NCBI RefSeq assembly: GCF_000737315.1
Contig: NZ_JMCB01000026.1
Span: 48,882-112,881 of the forward strand
Length of the DNA stretch: 64,000 nt
Direction of reading: 5' to 3'
DNA from: Hyalangium minutum
GTDB lineage: Bacteria; Myxococcota; Myxococcia; Myxococcales; Myxococcaceae
This document shows, in pieces, positions 28,857 through 36,429 of the stretch (position 1 is the first letter of the stretch; each line of letters starts with the position of its first letter). A program made the position numbers and the translations under genes. The notes below the pieces were generated by a model. That model had not been told where the DNA came from. It did not search any database and saw nothing but the letters and a program-made list of their open reading frames with translations.

Positions 28857-30878
28857 TCAGGGCCGCGTCGCCAGCTCCAGCGTCACCCGTGCCCCCTTGT
28901 CCACCAGCGCACCGGCGGCGGGGGTCTGCGATACCACGCGTCCACTGCCCAACAGTTGTGGCTCCAGCGCCGCGGCGAGCAGTTTCACCACGGCCTCGCG
29001 CCCGACCTGCCCCTGCACGTCCGGAACACGGACGCTGCCAGTCCCCTCGTCCTCCTGGACGGCCACGGTGGGCCGCTCAGGGGCGGGCTTGGGGGTGACA
29101 GGGGTTTTTGCCGCCGCCGGGGGCGCGACCGGAGCTACCACCACCTCTGGCGCGACCGTGCGCGAAGGCGGCACGGCCAGATGAGCCATGGCGGCGGTAG
29201 CGATTTCTTTAAAGGCGGGGGCAGCCACAAGTCCCCCGTACACGTCTGTTTTCGGCTCGTCCACCACTACGAGTATGACGGCGCGCGGATTGTCGGCCGG
29301 TACTACGCCGACGAAGGAAGCGATCCGCTTGTCCGAGTACCCCCGGGCGACCGGATCCGCCTTTTGTGCGGTTCCCGTCTTTCCAGCCACCCGGTACTCC
29401 TGCATAGCCGCCTTGGGAGCGGTGCCCTCCTTGGTGACCACGCTCTCGAGCATGCTCACGACTTGACGGGCCACCTTGGATGACACGACGCGGCGAACTT
29501 CCACGGGGCGGTTTTCCAGGAGCACCACGCCGTCCGGGTCCACCACCTTGGAGACCAGATAGGGCCGCATGAGCATGCCGTCATTGGCCAGGGCGCCGTA
29601 GCCGGCGGCAATCTGCACGGCGGTGGCCGTCATGCCCTGCCCGAAGGACTGGGTGGCCAGCGAGACTTCCGCCTTGGGGAACGGGATGACGCCGCGGCCC
29701 TCGCCGGGCAGCGCCAGGCCCGTGCGCTCCGCGAAACCGAACGCGTGGTAGTAGGACACCAGCTTCTCGCGCCCCAGCGCCTGGCCAATCTTGGCGGAGC
29801 AGATGTTGGAGGAGAGCTGGAGGATGGCCTTCGGGGCCAGCCAGCCGTGCGGGTGGGTGTCGTTGATGGTGTAGCGGCCGATCCGCCACGCGCCGTTCTC
29901 GCAGAAGAAGACGTCGTCCGTTTTGATGGCCTTCTCCTCGAGCGCCGCGGCGACGACGAAGGCCTTCATCGTCGAGCCGGGCTCGAAGGCATCCAGGGCG
30001 GCGCGGTTGCGGATGGCGTCGTGCTGCGCCGCCTCGGGAGTGTTCGGGTTGAAGTTCGGGGCGTTGGCCAGCGCGAGCAGCTCGCCCGTCTTGGGGTCGA
30101 GCACCACCACAGTGCCGGCCACACCCTTGGACTCCTCCACCGCGCGCAGCAGCGCCTTCTCAGCCACGTACTGGAGGTGGCGATCGAGCGTCAGGGTGAC
30201 GGCGGCGCCCTCGCGCTCGATGGGGTCCGACGCGCCCTGCACCAGCAGCTTTCGGCCCTTGGCATCGCGGAAGCCGGACAGACGCGAATTCTGTCCCGAC
30301 AGCTCGTCATCGAAGGCGAGCTCCAGGCCCTCCAGGCCACGGCCCTCGGTGCCCACCACACCCACCACCTGTGCGGCCAGCTCACGCTGCGGGTAGAAGC
30401 GCTTGGGCTCCTTGGTGAAGCCGAGCCCGGCAAAGCCCAGCGCCTTCACCGCCTCTACCTCCTGAGGCTTGGCCTGACGCTTCACCCACGCGAAGCGCTT
30501 GCCGCGCTGCAGCCGGGCCTGCAGATCCTCGGTGGCCTGGGCGTCCAGCTTCAGTGCCTTGGCCATGGAGCGCGCGGCCTTGCGCACGTCCGTCAGCATG
30601 GAGGGATCCACCCAGATGGAGTCCACCTCCACGCTCTGGGCCAGCGGCGTGCCGCGCCGATCGAAGATGTCGCCGCGCCGCGCGGGGATCTCGATCTGGC
30701 GGACGTACTGGTCCTGCGCCATGCCGCGCAGCTTGTCCTGCTCGTAGGTCTGCAAGTAGGCGGCGCGGCCGAACGCCACCGCGAGCAGGCTCATGAAGAG
30801 CCCACCCAACAGCAGCACCCGGAGCCGAAGCCACCGGGTGTTGTTCTCGGGCACCCTCGCCGCCTTCAGATCCCTCAC
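28857..30878 (-). CDS. ftsI: Penicillin-binding protein 3 (FtsI) with C-terminal PASTA domain
   Basis: RGDIFDR, EPGSTMK (SxxK), SSN (SxN), KTG motifs; VPDVQG PASTA-like tail. Confidence 0.96.
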   Translation of the reverse strand: MRDLKAARVPENNTRWLRLRVLLLGGLFMSLLAVAFGRAAYLQTYEQDKLRGMAQDQYVRQIEIPARRGDIFDRRGTPLAQSVEVDSIWVDPSMLTDVRKAARSMAKALKLDAQATEDLQARLQRGKRFAWVKRQAKPQEVEAVKALGFAGLGFTKEPKRFYPQRELAAQVVGVVGTEGRGLEGLELAFDDELSGQNSRLSGFRDAKGRKLLVQGASDPIEREGAAVTLTLDRHLQYVAEKALLRAVEESKGVAGTVVVLDPKTGELLALANAPNFNPNTPEAAQHDAIRNRAALDAFEPGSTMKAFVVAAALEEKAIKTDDVFFCENGAWRIGRYTINDTHPHGWLAPKAILQLSSNICSAKIGQALGREKLVSYYHAFGFAERTGLALPGEGRGVIPFPKAEVSLATQSFGQGMTATAVQIAAGYGALANDGMLMRPYLVSKVVDPDGVVLLENRPVEVRRVVSSKVARQVVSMLESVVTKEGTAPKAAMQEYRVAGKTGTAQKADPVARGYSDKRIASFVGVVPADNPRAVILVVVDEPKTDVYGGLVAAPAFKEIATAAMAHLAVPPSRTVAPEVVVAPVAPPAAAKTPVTPKPAPERPTVAVQEDEGTGSVRVPDVQGQVGREAVVKLLAAALEPQLLGSGRVVSQTPAAGALVDKGARVTLELATRP

Positions 30879-31270
30879 CGGGCGTTCTCCCGCTCGGCGA
30901 CGCGCAGCCCCGCGGGCTTGCGAGTCTCACCCGGGTTCTGGCGGCGCGTGTTCGGCAGCTGCGGCTGCACGGACACCACGGCGGAGCCCGGGGGCATCAT
31001 CATCCCCAGCTGCTCCTTCGCCAGCTTCTCCAGGCGAGCCGGGGCCTTGAGGGTGGCCAGCTCCAGCTTGAGGCGATCATTCTCGCGGGTGAGCGAGTGG
31101 CCCTCGGACTCGGCCTTGGAGAGCCGGTAGCCCATGTCCACCACGAGCACGCGGCTGGTGACGTGGAGAATGCCCACCGCCGCGAACAGGGTGAAGAGCA
31201 GCACCGCGGGCAGCAGGTGCAGCAGCACCGTGGTCACCGACGCCGAGTTGCGAGCACTCACCTGGGTCAT
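30875..31270 (-). CDS. ftsL: Cell division protein FtsL
   Basis: One TM helix, coiled coil (ENDRLKLELATL), RLEKLAKEQLGM. Lies between rsmH and ftsI; ATG overlaps the rsmH stop. Confidence 0.9.
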   Translation of the reverse strand: MTQVSARNSASVTTVLLHLLPAVLLFTLFAAVGILHVTSRVLVVDMGYRLSKAESEGHSLTRENDRLKLELATLKAPARLEKLAKEQLGMMMPPGSAVVSVQPQLPNTRRQNPGETRKPAGLRVAERENAR

Positions 31271-32172
31271 CGAGTTTTCTCCACCACGCGCAGATGCGCG
31301 CTGCGAGAGCGGGGATTGGCTTCCACCTCGGCCTCCGAGGCGGCGACGGCCTTCTTCGTCACCAGGGCGAAGTCTCCCTGGCCACCACACACACAGATGG
31401 GCAGGCCCGAAGGGCACTTGCACGCGCCCACCAGCGCGCGGAACGCCTCCTTCACCTTCCGGTCCTCCAACGAATGGAAGGAGATGACCGCCGCCCTTCC
31501 CCCCACCTTCAGCAGCTGCGGCAGCGCCGTCAGCAGCGCGTCCAGCTGATCCAGCTCGCCGTTCACCGCCATGCGCAGCGCCTGGAACGTCTTGGTCGCC
31601 ACGTGGATCCTCTTCGGCCACGCCTTGCGAGGCACCGCGCGCTTCACCACCTCGGCGGCCTCCAGCGTGCGCGTGGGCTTGGCACGCTTGAGCTCCCGGG
31701 CGATGGGCCGCGAGAAGGACTCCTCGCCCAGCTCATAGATGATGCGGGCCAGCTCGCGCTCGTCCTCCTCGGCGATCAGCTCGGCGGCGGTGCGGCCCTC
31801 GGCACCCATCCGCATGTCCAGCGGCCCATCCTTCATGAAGGAGAAGCCGCGCTCGGCCTCGTCCAGCTGCGGCGAGGACACCCCCAGATCCACCAGCACG
31901 CCATCCACCGGAAGCACATCGGCCGCCACCCGAGGCAGCTCGCCGAAGGTGCCGGCGCGCGCCTGGAAGCGGGGATTGCTGCCCACACGGGCGGTGGCAG
32001 CGGCGAGCGCCACGGGGTCGCGGTCCACGCCCACCACAGTGGCGCCCCGTGCCAGGAGCGCCTCCGTGTGGCCACCGCCGCCCAGTGTCCCGTCGATGAT
32101 CACCTTGCCCGCTCCGGGTTGCAGCAACTCCACCGTCTCGTTGAGCAGGACGGTCTGATGGCTGAAGGCCAA
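31267..32172 (-). CDS. rsmH: 16S rRNA m4C1402 methyltransferase RsmH (MraW)
   Basis: HQTVLL, DGTLGGGGH, DLGVSSPQLD, RGFSF, PLDMRM, SFHSLEDR and NPRSRSA motifs. TTG start inferred. Confidence 0.96.
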   Translation of the reverse strand: MAFSHQTVLLNETVELLQPGAGKVIIDGTLGGGGHTEALLARGATVVGVDRDPVALAAATARVGSNPRFQARAGTFGELPRVAADVLPVDGVLVDLGVSSPQLDEAERGFSFMKDGPLDMRMGAEGRTAAELIAEEDERELARIIYELGEESFSRPIARELKRAKPTRTLEAAEVVKRAVPRKAWPKRIHVATKTFQALRMAVNGELDQLDALLTALPQLLKVGGRAAVISFHSLEDRKVKEAFRALVGACKCPSGLPICVCGGQGDFALVTKKAVAASEAEVEANPRSRSAHLRVVEKTR

Positions 32173-32183
32173 AGAAGGCAGCC

Positions 32184-32567
32184 CTAGACGAAAGGAGCCC
32201 GCATGAGCGCGAACGCCGCCCGGGCATCGTTCATATGCGGGTACATCTCGAACCGGTCGTGCGCGCCCGCCGCCCGGAAGATGGCAGCCAGGTACGGCGA
32301 CAGCCCGGACAGCTTCACGTCCCCACCCGCGCGGCGGAAGCCCTCGGCGCGAGCCATCAGCGGCCGCACACCGCGGTAGTCCAGGTGCGCCACCTCGGCA
32401 AAGTCGACCACCACCTGCCGCACGCCCCGGTGCAGCCGCCGCGAGAGCTCCTCGCACACCTGCAGCAGCTCCGCCTCGGCGAGCTCGCCCTCCAGCATCA
32501 GCGTCTCCACGCGATCGCTTCCCGCGTTCGCCGTCAGAGCCCGCCTCGCCTCCGAAACCTGATTCAT
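32184..32567 (-). CDS. STAS-domain protein (anti-sigma-factor antagonist-like)
   Basis: LEGEL...VVVDFAEVAHLDYRG...VKLSGLSPYLAAIF fits the STAS/SpoIIAA pattern; start set at ATG 32567. Confidence 0.85.
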   Translation of the reverse strand: MNQVSEARRALTANAGSDRVETLMLEGELAEAELLQVCEELSRRLHRGVRQVVVDFAEVAHLDYRGVRPLMARAEGFRRAGGDVKLSGLSPYLAAIFRAAGAHDRFEMYPHMNDARAAFALMRAPFV

Positions 32568-32614
32568 ACACGTCCCCACACTCACGGGTTTTCCACAGTC
32601 CGTCGAGAAATTGG

Positions 32615-33064
32615 CTACTGCCGAAGTTCAGAGAGCACCCGGGCCACATCGGCCGAGTCCGCCGCCGCACGCGCCTCTTCCTGGGCCTTGGCCCAGCCAG
32701 CGCGGCTCCACAGCTCCATCACCTTCACCATGCCCACCCACACCACGTCCTTCTCCAGCGAGGCATGCGCGCGCAGGTTCGGCGGCACGAGCACGCGGCC
32801 CATCTTGTCCAGCGGGCACTCCTGGGCGCTGGCCACGTAGAGGCGCATCAGCGTCTTCACCCCTGGCTCCATGGGGTTGCGCTTGCCCAGCGCGGCCTCG
32901 AGGGCCTCCCACTCGCGCACCGGGTACGCGTGGAGGCAGGGATCCAACGCGGTGGTGAGGATGAGGCGCTCGTCGTAGGCGCCCACCAGCGTCTCCCGCA
33001 GCCTGGCCGGGAGGCTGGTGCGCCCCTTCGCGTCGATCTGGTGCTCATACACGCCTCGGAACAC
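32615..33064 (-). CDS. mraZ: Transcriptional regulator MraZ
   Basis: [14 protein letters not shown] and [10 protein letters not shown] duplicated AbrB-like motifs; first gene of the dcw cluster. Confidence 0.97.
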   Translation of the reverse strand: MFRGVYEHQIDAKGRTSLPARLRETLVGAYDERLILTTALDPCLHAYPVREWEALEAALGKRNPMEPGVKTLMRLYVASAQECPLDKMGRVLVPPNLRAHASLEKDVVWVGMVKVMELWSRAGWAKAQEEARAAADSADVARVLSELRQ

Positions 33065-33118
33065 GCGGAGCGCTTCCCCTCACGGGCGTGCCACCGCCCC
33101 ACCTCGGCACGGGATTTT

Positions 33119-33146
33119 CCACCACTTGTTGCCACTTCTTGCCACC
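33119..33146 (-). promoter_or_regulatory. MraZ-binding repeats (GTGG three times at 10-bp period)
   Basis: Plus-strand CCAC at 33122, 33132 and 33142 (minus GTGG-N6-GTGG-N6-GTGG), 60-80 bp upstream of mraZ. Matches the known MraZ operator architecture. Confidence 0.75.
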
Positions 33147-33392
33147 GCGCGGCGGAAAATACGCGCCGCTTCCCACCCGGTCAAGAAATGCAACAGGCCT
33201 GGAGCGGCCCGGAGCAGGCGGATCCGTGGGCGCGGGTGGCGCGGTGTGGGGAGGGTGCGTCGATTGCTGGAAAGTCAGGCCGTCTGCTAAGCCACCGAGG
33301 CATTCCCCAGAGGGGGGAAGTTGCCTGTCCTCGCCGGGAGGGCGGGCCACACGGGACGCAGCCCTCGGGCCGTCCCTCAGGAGGCACAGCAC

Positions 33393-34055
33393 ATGTCGCG
33401 CACGATTCGTCTTTCACTCCTCGCGCTCGCGACCACCGCCCTGGTGGCGTGTGGCGGTGGCGCCAAGCTCGGTGGTGGCAAGGAGGGCGCTGCCAAGGCC
33501 CTGTTCGCGGCCAGCCAGCCGGCGGGCCAGGGTGGCAACAAGAGCCAGCAGGGTCTGAATGTCTCGGGCCTGGGCCTGAACGTCTCCGGCCTGGTGGATC
33601 CCCGCACGCTGGCGAGCGCTGCGGACACCAGCCTCGAGGTGTCCGTGGACTGCCTGAAGGAAGGCTCGGTGAAACTCAAGCTGGACCTGACCAGCCTGGG
33701 CAGCCAGTCCGGCTCGTTCAAGTACAACGTCAAGTACGACGACTGCAGCCAGGACGGCGTCAACAAGTACAAGGGCGACCTGACGATGGAGTACAGCTTC
33801 GTCGGCACGGGGACTTCGCTCGATCTCGCCATGCGCCTGAAGGGCAAGGTCGAGATCAGCGGCGACATCGATGACTTCATCGACGCGGACGTGACCGAGA
33901 CGATCTCCCTGGCGGCCACCAGCGCCACCTCGGGCACGGTGACCGTGAAGCTCAACGGCAGCATCAAGACGTCCGAGGGCAGCTACACCTACGCCAACGA
34001 GTCCCTCACCATCACCGCGGGTGGCGAGCTCCCGATGGACGACGGGAACTCCTGA
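33393..34055 (+). CDS. Hypothetical lipoprotein, beta-rich
   Basis: MSRTIRLSLLALATTALVAC lipobox; GGAGG RBS upstream; followed by a terminator. Confidence 0.85.
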   Translation: MSRTIRLSLLALATTALVACGGGAKLGGGKEGAAKALFAASQPAGQGGNKSQQGLNVSGLGLNVSGLVDPRTLASAADTSLEVSVDCLKEGSVKLKLDLTSLGSQSGSFKYNVKYDDCSQDGVNKYKGDLTMEYSFVGTGTSLDLAMRLKGKVEISGDIDDFIDADVTETISLAATSATSGTVTVKLNGSIKTSEGSYTYANESLTITAGGELPMDDGNS

Positions 34056-34083
34056 GTATCCGGGCCTGACGGCTCAACAGGAA

Positions 34084-34125
34084 AAGGCCGGGCTACCTGT
34101 GAGGGTGGCCCGGCCTTGTGTTTTT
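34084..34125 (+). terminator. Rho-independent terminator
   Basis: AAGGCCGGGCTACC-TGTGAG-GGTGGCCCGGCCTT, a 14-bp stem with one G-U pair, then GTGTTTTT. Confidence 0.8.
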
Positions 34126-34160
34126 CGGTGTGACGCCTGAGCATAGGGGCGAGCCCGCAC

Positions 34161-34877
34161 ATGCAGATCTCCGAGCAAGATTCCAGCGTCCGCCTGAAGG
34201 TGACCTACAAGACGCCCGAGGCGCTGATCGACGAGTACACGCGGAGCGTCGGCCAGGGGAGTGTCACGCTGGAGACGCGGCGCAGCCTGACGCGGGGCAC
34301 GCGCTTCGTGTTCGAGATGCAGGCGGAGGGGCTGGCGCAGCCGGTGGAGGTGGTGGGCGAGGTGGTGAACATCACCCCGCGGCCCGGAGGGCGCTACCAC
34401 CTGACGGTGAAGTACGCGACAGACGTGGACCGGGTGGCGCTGGACGCGGTGCTGCAGCGCATCTTCGCGCAGGAGCACGAGAAGATGCGCAAGTACCCGC
34501 GCATCCCGCTGAACGTGCGCGCCATCGAGTCCACGCCGTTCTCGCCGGTGTTCTACGTGCGAGACATCTCTCGCGGAGGCGTGGGCATGGAGGTCGACGC
34601 GCCCGCGCTGCCGGCGATGGTGAAGGTGGGCACGCCGTTCCTGCTGGAGATGGAGTTGTCGCAGGGGCCGCTGCTGCTGCCGGGCGAGGTGATGTGGGCG
34701 TCCACGGCGTTCCGGGCGCACTCGCCAGTGACGCCCATCTTCGGCGTGGGCTTCAAGGATCTGCCGAAGGACACGGCCGAGCGGCTGGAGTCGCTGCTGT
34801 CGCTGGACTCGCTGCCCCCGGGCCCGTGGTGGGCGCGCGTGAGCTTCGGCAACGAAGCCCTGTCGCGCATGCCGTGA
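34161..34877 (+). CDS. Tandem PilZ-domain protein
   Basis: The N-terminal PilZ-like domain lacks the canonical motifs. The second domain has RKYPR (RxxxR) and DISRGG (DxSxxG). Confidence 0.85.
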   Translation: MQISEQDSSVRLKVTYKTPEALIDEYTRSVGQGSVTLETRRSLTRGTRFVFEMQAEGLAQPVEVVGEVVNITPRPGGRYHLTVKYATDVDRVALDAVLQRIFAQEHEKMRKYPRIPLNVRAIESTPFSPVFYVRDISRGGVGMEVDAPALPAMVKVGTPFLLEMELSQGPLLLPGEVMWASTAFRAHSPVTPIFGVGFKDLPKDTAERLESLLSLDSLPPGPWWARVSFGNEALSRMP

Positions 34878-34916
34878 GGCTGGATCCAGCCCAAGTGGGC
34901 CTCTCACGCGCTGCGC

Positions 34917-35645
34917 CTATTTCACGACGACGCCTTTTAACCCCGTTCGCGCCTCGAACTCGCGGACCAGCCGCTCCATTTCCGCTGGATCCTCGCAGCC
35001 CAGACTGAATGAGAAGGTCGGTTTTGTCGGATGCCGGTAGAGCAGCAGACCGGCGTCACCGCGCTCGTAAAGCGCGCAGTGTTCAGCGGGAGGAATGCGC
35101 TTGAAGCCCTTCTCCTCGGCCAGCGCGGACACGATGTCCGAGCGGTAGCGGCCATCGGCACCGGGATCCTCCGGTGACGAGAAATTCCGTCGATAGGGCA
35201 GCAACGGTAGGCGAAGCGCCTTGAAGGCCTCGTAGTAGAGGAATTCCTCCAGACCTACATGCTTGGGATGACTGCCCTCCGGGGGGTAGTTCTTCGACAG
35301 CAGCCGGCGTACGAGCATGCAGTCTTCAGCGCCATGAGGGCTTGAGCGATCGAGGAAGTAATCCCAGCCATCGGGCCCCTGATCTTGTGCCACACGGATA
35401 TAACGCCCGTGCTGTAGCCAATCCATGGCGATGTAGGCCCCGATTTTCCCGCTGATGGAGAAGTTAGCCTCAGCAAGTTCGAGGTCACCCATGCTCTCAC
35501 CCATCGTCCGTAGGAAACGACGGTAGGTGCCCGGCAGCGGACCCGCGAGTTCCTCCAGAACCGCAATCTCTGGCTCGCCTGCCGGCACGATCTCCTTGAT
35601 AAAACCGGGGCGGTACTGTTCGATGAACTCAACGAGTGCTCTCAT
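34917..35645 (-). CDS. SMI1/KNR4 (SUKH) family immunity-like protein
   Basis: EIAVLEELAGPLPGTYRRFLRTMG matches the SUKH helix/LPxxY..FL..xG pattern. Start set at ATG 35645. Confidence 0.7.
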   Translation of the reverse strand: MRALVEFIEQYRPGFIKEIVPAGEPEIAVLEELAGPLPGTYRRFLRTMGESMGDLELAEANFSISGKIGAYIAMDWLQHGRYIRVAQDQGPDGWDYFLDRSSPHGAEDCMLVRRLLSKNYPPEGSHPKHVGLEEFLYYEAFKALRLPLLPYRRNFSSPEDPGADGRYRSDIVSALAEEKGFKRIPPAEHCALYERGDAGLLLYRHPTKPTFSFSLGCEDPAEMERLVREFEARTGLKGVVVK

Positions 35646-35665
35646 GGCCGATCCTATTGATTCAA

Positions 35666-36130
35666 TCAACTGCAGTTCGTTCTGCAGTACATGCCGGGAA
35701 GATTTTCCTGGCACTTTGAACATGAAGGCACGTTCTCGCCGCTCTTGAATTCTTGTGTCCTCTCCTCTGGTTCAGACAACTGCTTCGTGACTGGATCCTC
35801 TATCCGAACCAGGAAAGTTATCTTGGGGCCTCTACTGGGCTTGAAACCCTCCACCATCGGATAGAACAGCCGCTCGATGAGTTGCTTGGGCTTGTGTCCG
35901 CCATGCCTCTGCATGATCTGCTTGGCAGCACACATCCACTCCTCCTGCGCAACCCCCGAATCAACATGCGGACTTGCGCACTCGAACCCTGCCGACAATA
36001 CGGCCTTCTCGAAGCCCTTCGGTGCGAGACCCGAGCAGGTCGCGAGCTTCTTGCCTTTGCAAACACAGACCATGACTCCGGTCATGTAACCCTTGGTGAA
36101 GGTGTCGGTACCGTCGTCAAATCTAAGCAC
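35666..36130 (-). CDS. Cys-rich hypothetical protein, possibly a truncated polymorphic-toxin C-terminal domain
   Basis: 154-aa ORF with CAAK and PSCSKC motifs, immediately upstream of the SUKH gene. Its GTG start abuts the tRNA-like repeat. Confidence 0.45.
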   Translation of the reverse strand: MLRFDDGTDTFTKGYMTGVMVCVCKGKKLATCSGLAPKGFEKAVLSAGFECASPHVDSGVAQEEWMCAAKQIMQRHGGHKPKQLIERLFYPMVEGFKPSRGPKITFLVRIEDPVTKQLSEPEERTQEFKSGENVPSCSKCQENLPGMYCRTNCS

Positions 36131-36131
36131 T

Positions 36132-36161
36132 GCTCAGTTGGATAGAGCGGCGGTTTCCTAA
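36132..36161 (+). repeat. tRNA-Arg(CCT) 5' fragment; left att-like direct repeat
   Basis: GCTC-AGTTGGATA-GAGC (D-arm), G, GCGGT, TTCCTAA (CCT anticodon loop). Similarity stops at the end of the loop; no T-arm or acceptor stem. Confidence 0.85.
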
Positions 36162-36198
36162 CCCTTGAAGGGCCGCTCGGTCCTCGGGTGAGAACAGC

Positions 36199-36276
36199 TA
36201 AGTCCTTGAGAGTACTGAACGCTGGAGTTCACCTGCGTTCACCCAGAACCGCTCGATTACGTACCAATTACGTACC
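36199..36276 (+). promoter_or_regulatory. att-arm-like sites: IHF-like motif and 10-bp direct repeat
   Basis: TAAGTCCTTGAGA at 36199-36211 has one mismatch to the IHF consensus YAANNNNTTGATW. ATTACGTACC occurs at 36256-36265 and 36267-36276. Confidence 0.5.
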
Positions 36277-36429
36277 GGACGGCCCATAAGTCTGTGTCCG
36301 GTCAGGTTCGTTGCCGCTGCTCGGCAGTGACGTGGACCATCGCGCAGGGATGGTTCCCGCCCGGCTTCCGAGAGAATCAGGTTCGGCCCTACGCGAGACG
36401 CCAGAACTTCCGGCCGCCGCGTGGGGAGC

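Noticed and set aside
20982-32670. Long N-terminal extensions on murG, mraY, ftsL and rsmH in the ORF track
   Set aside because: The extensions overlap upstream genes; real starts are coupled GTG/TTG/ATG codons at the family-typical first motif.
33552-33593. 21-bp tandem duplication (GLNVSGL twice) in the lipoprotein gene
   Set aside because: A simple in-frame slippage duplication in a linker; no evidence of function.
36132-36200. Possible intact tRNA-Arg gene
   Set aside because: Only the D-arm and the 5' anticodon arm are present; no T-arm (GTTCRA) or acceptor stem follows either copy.
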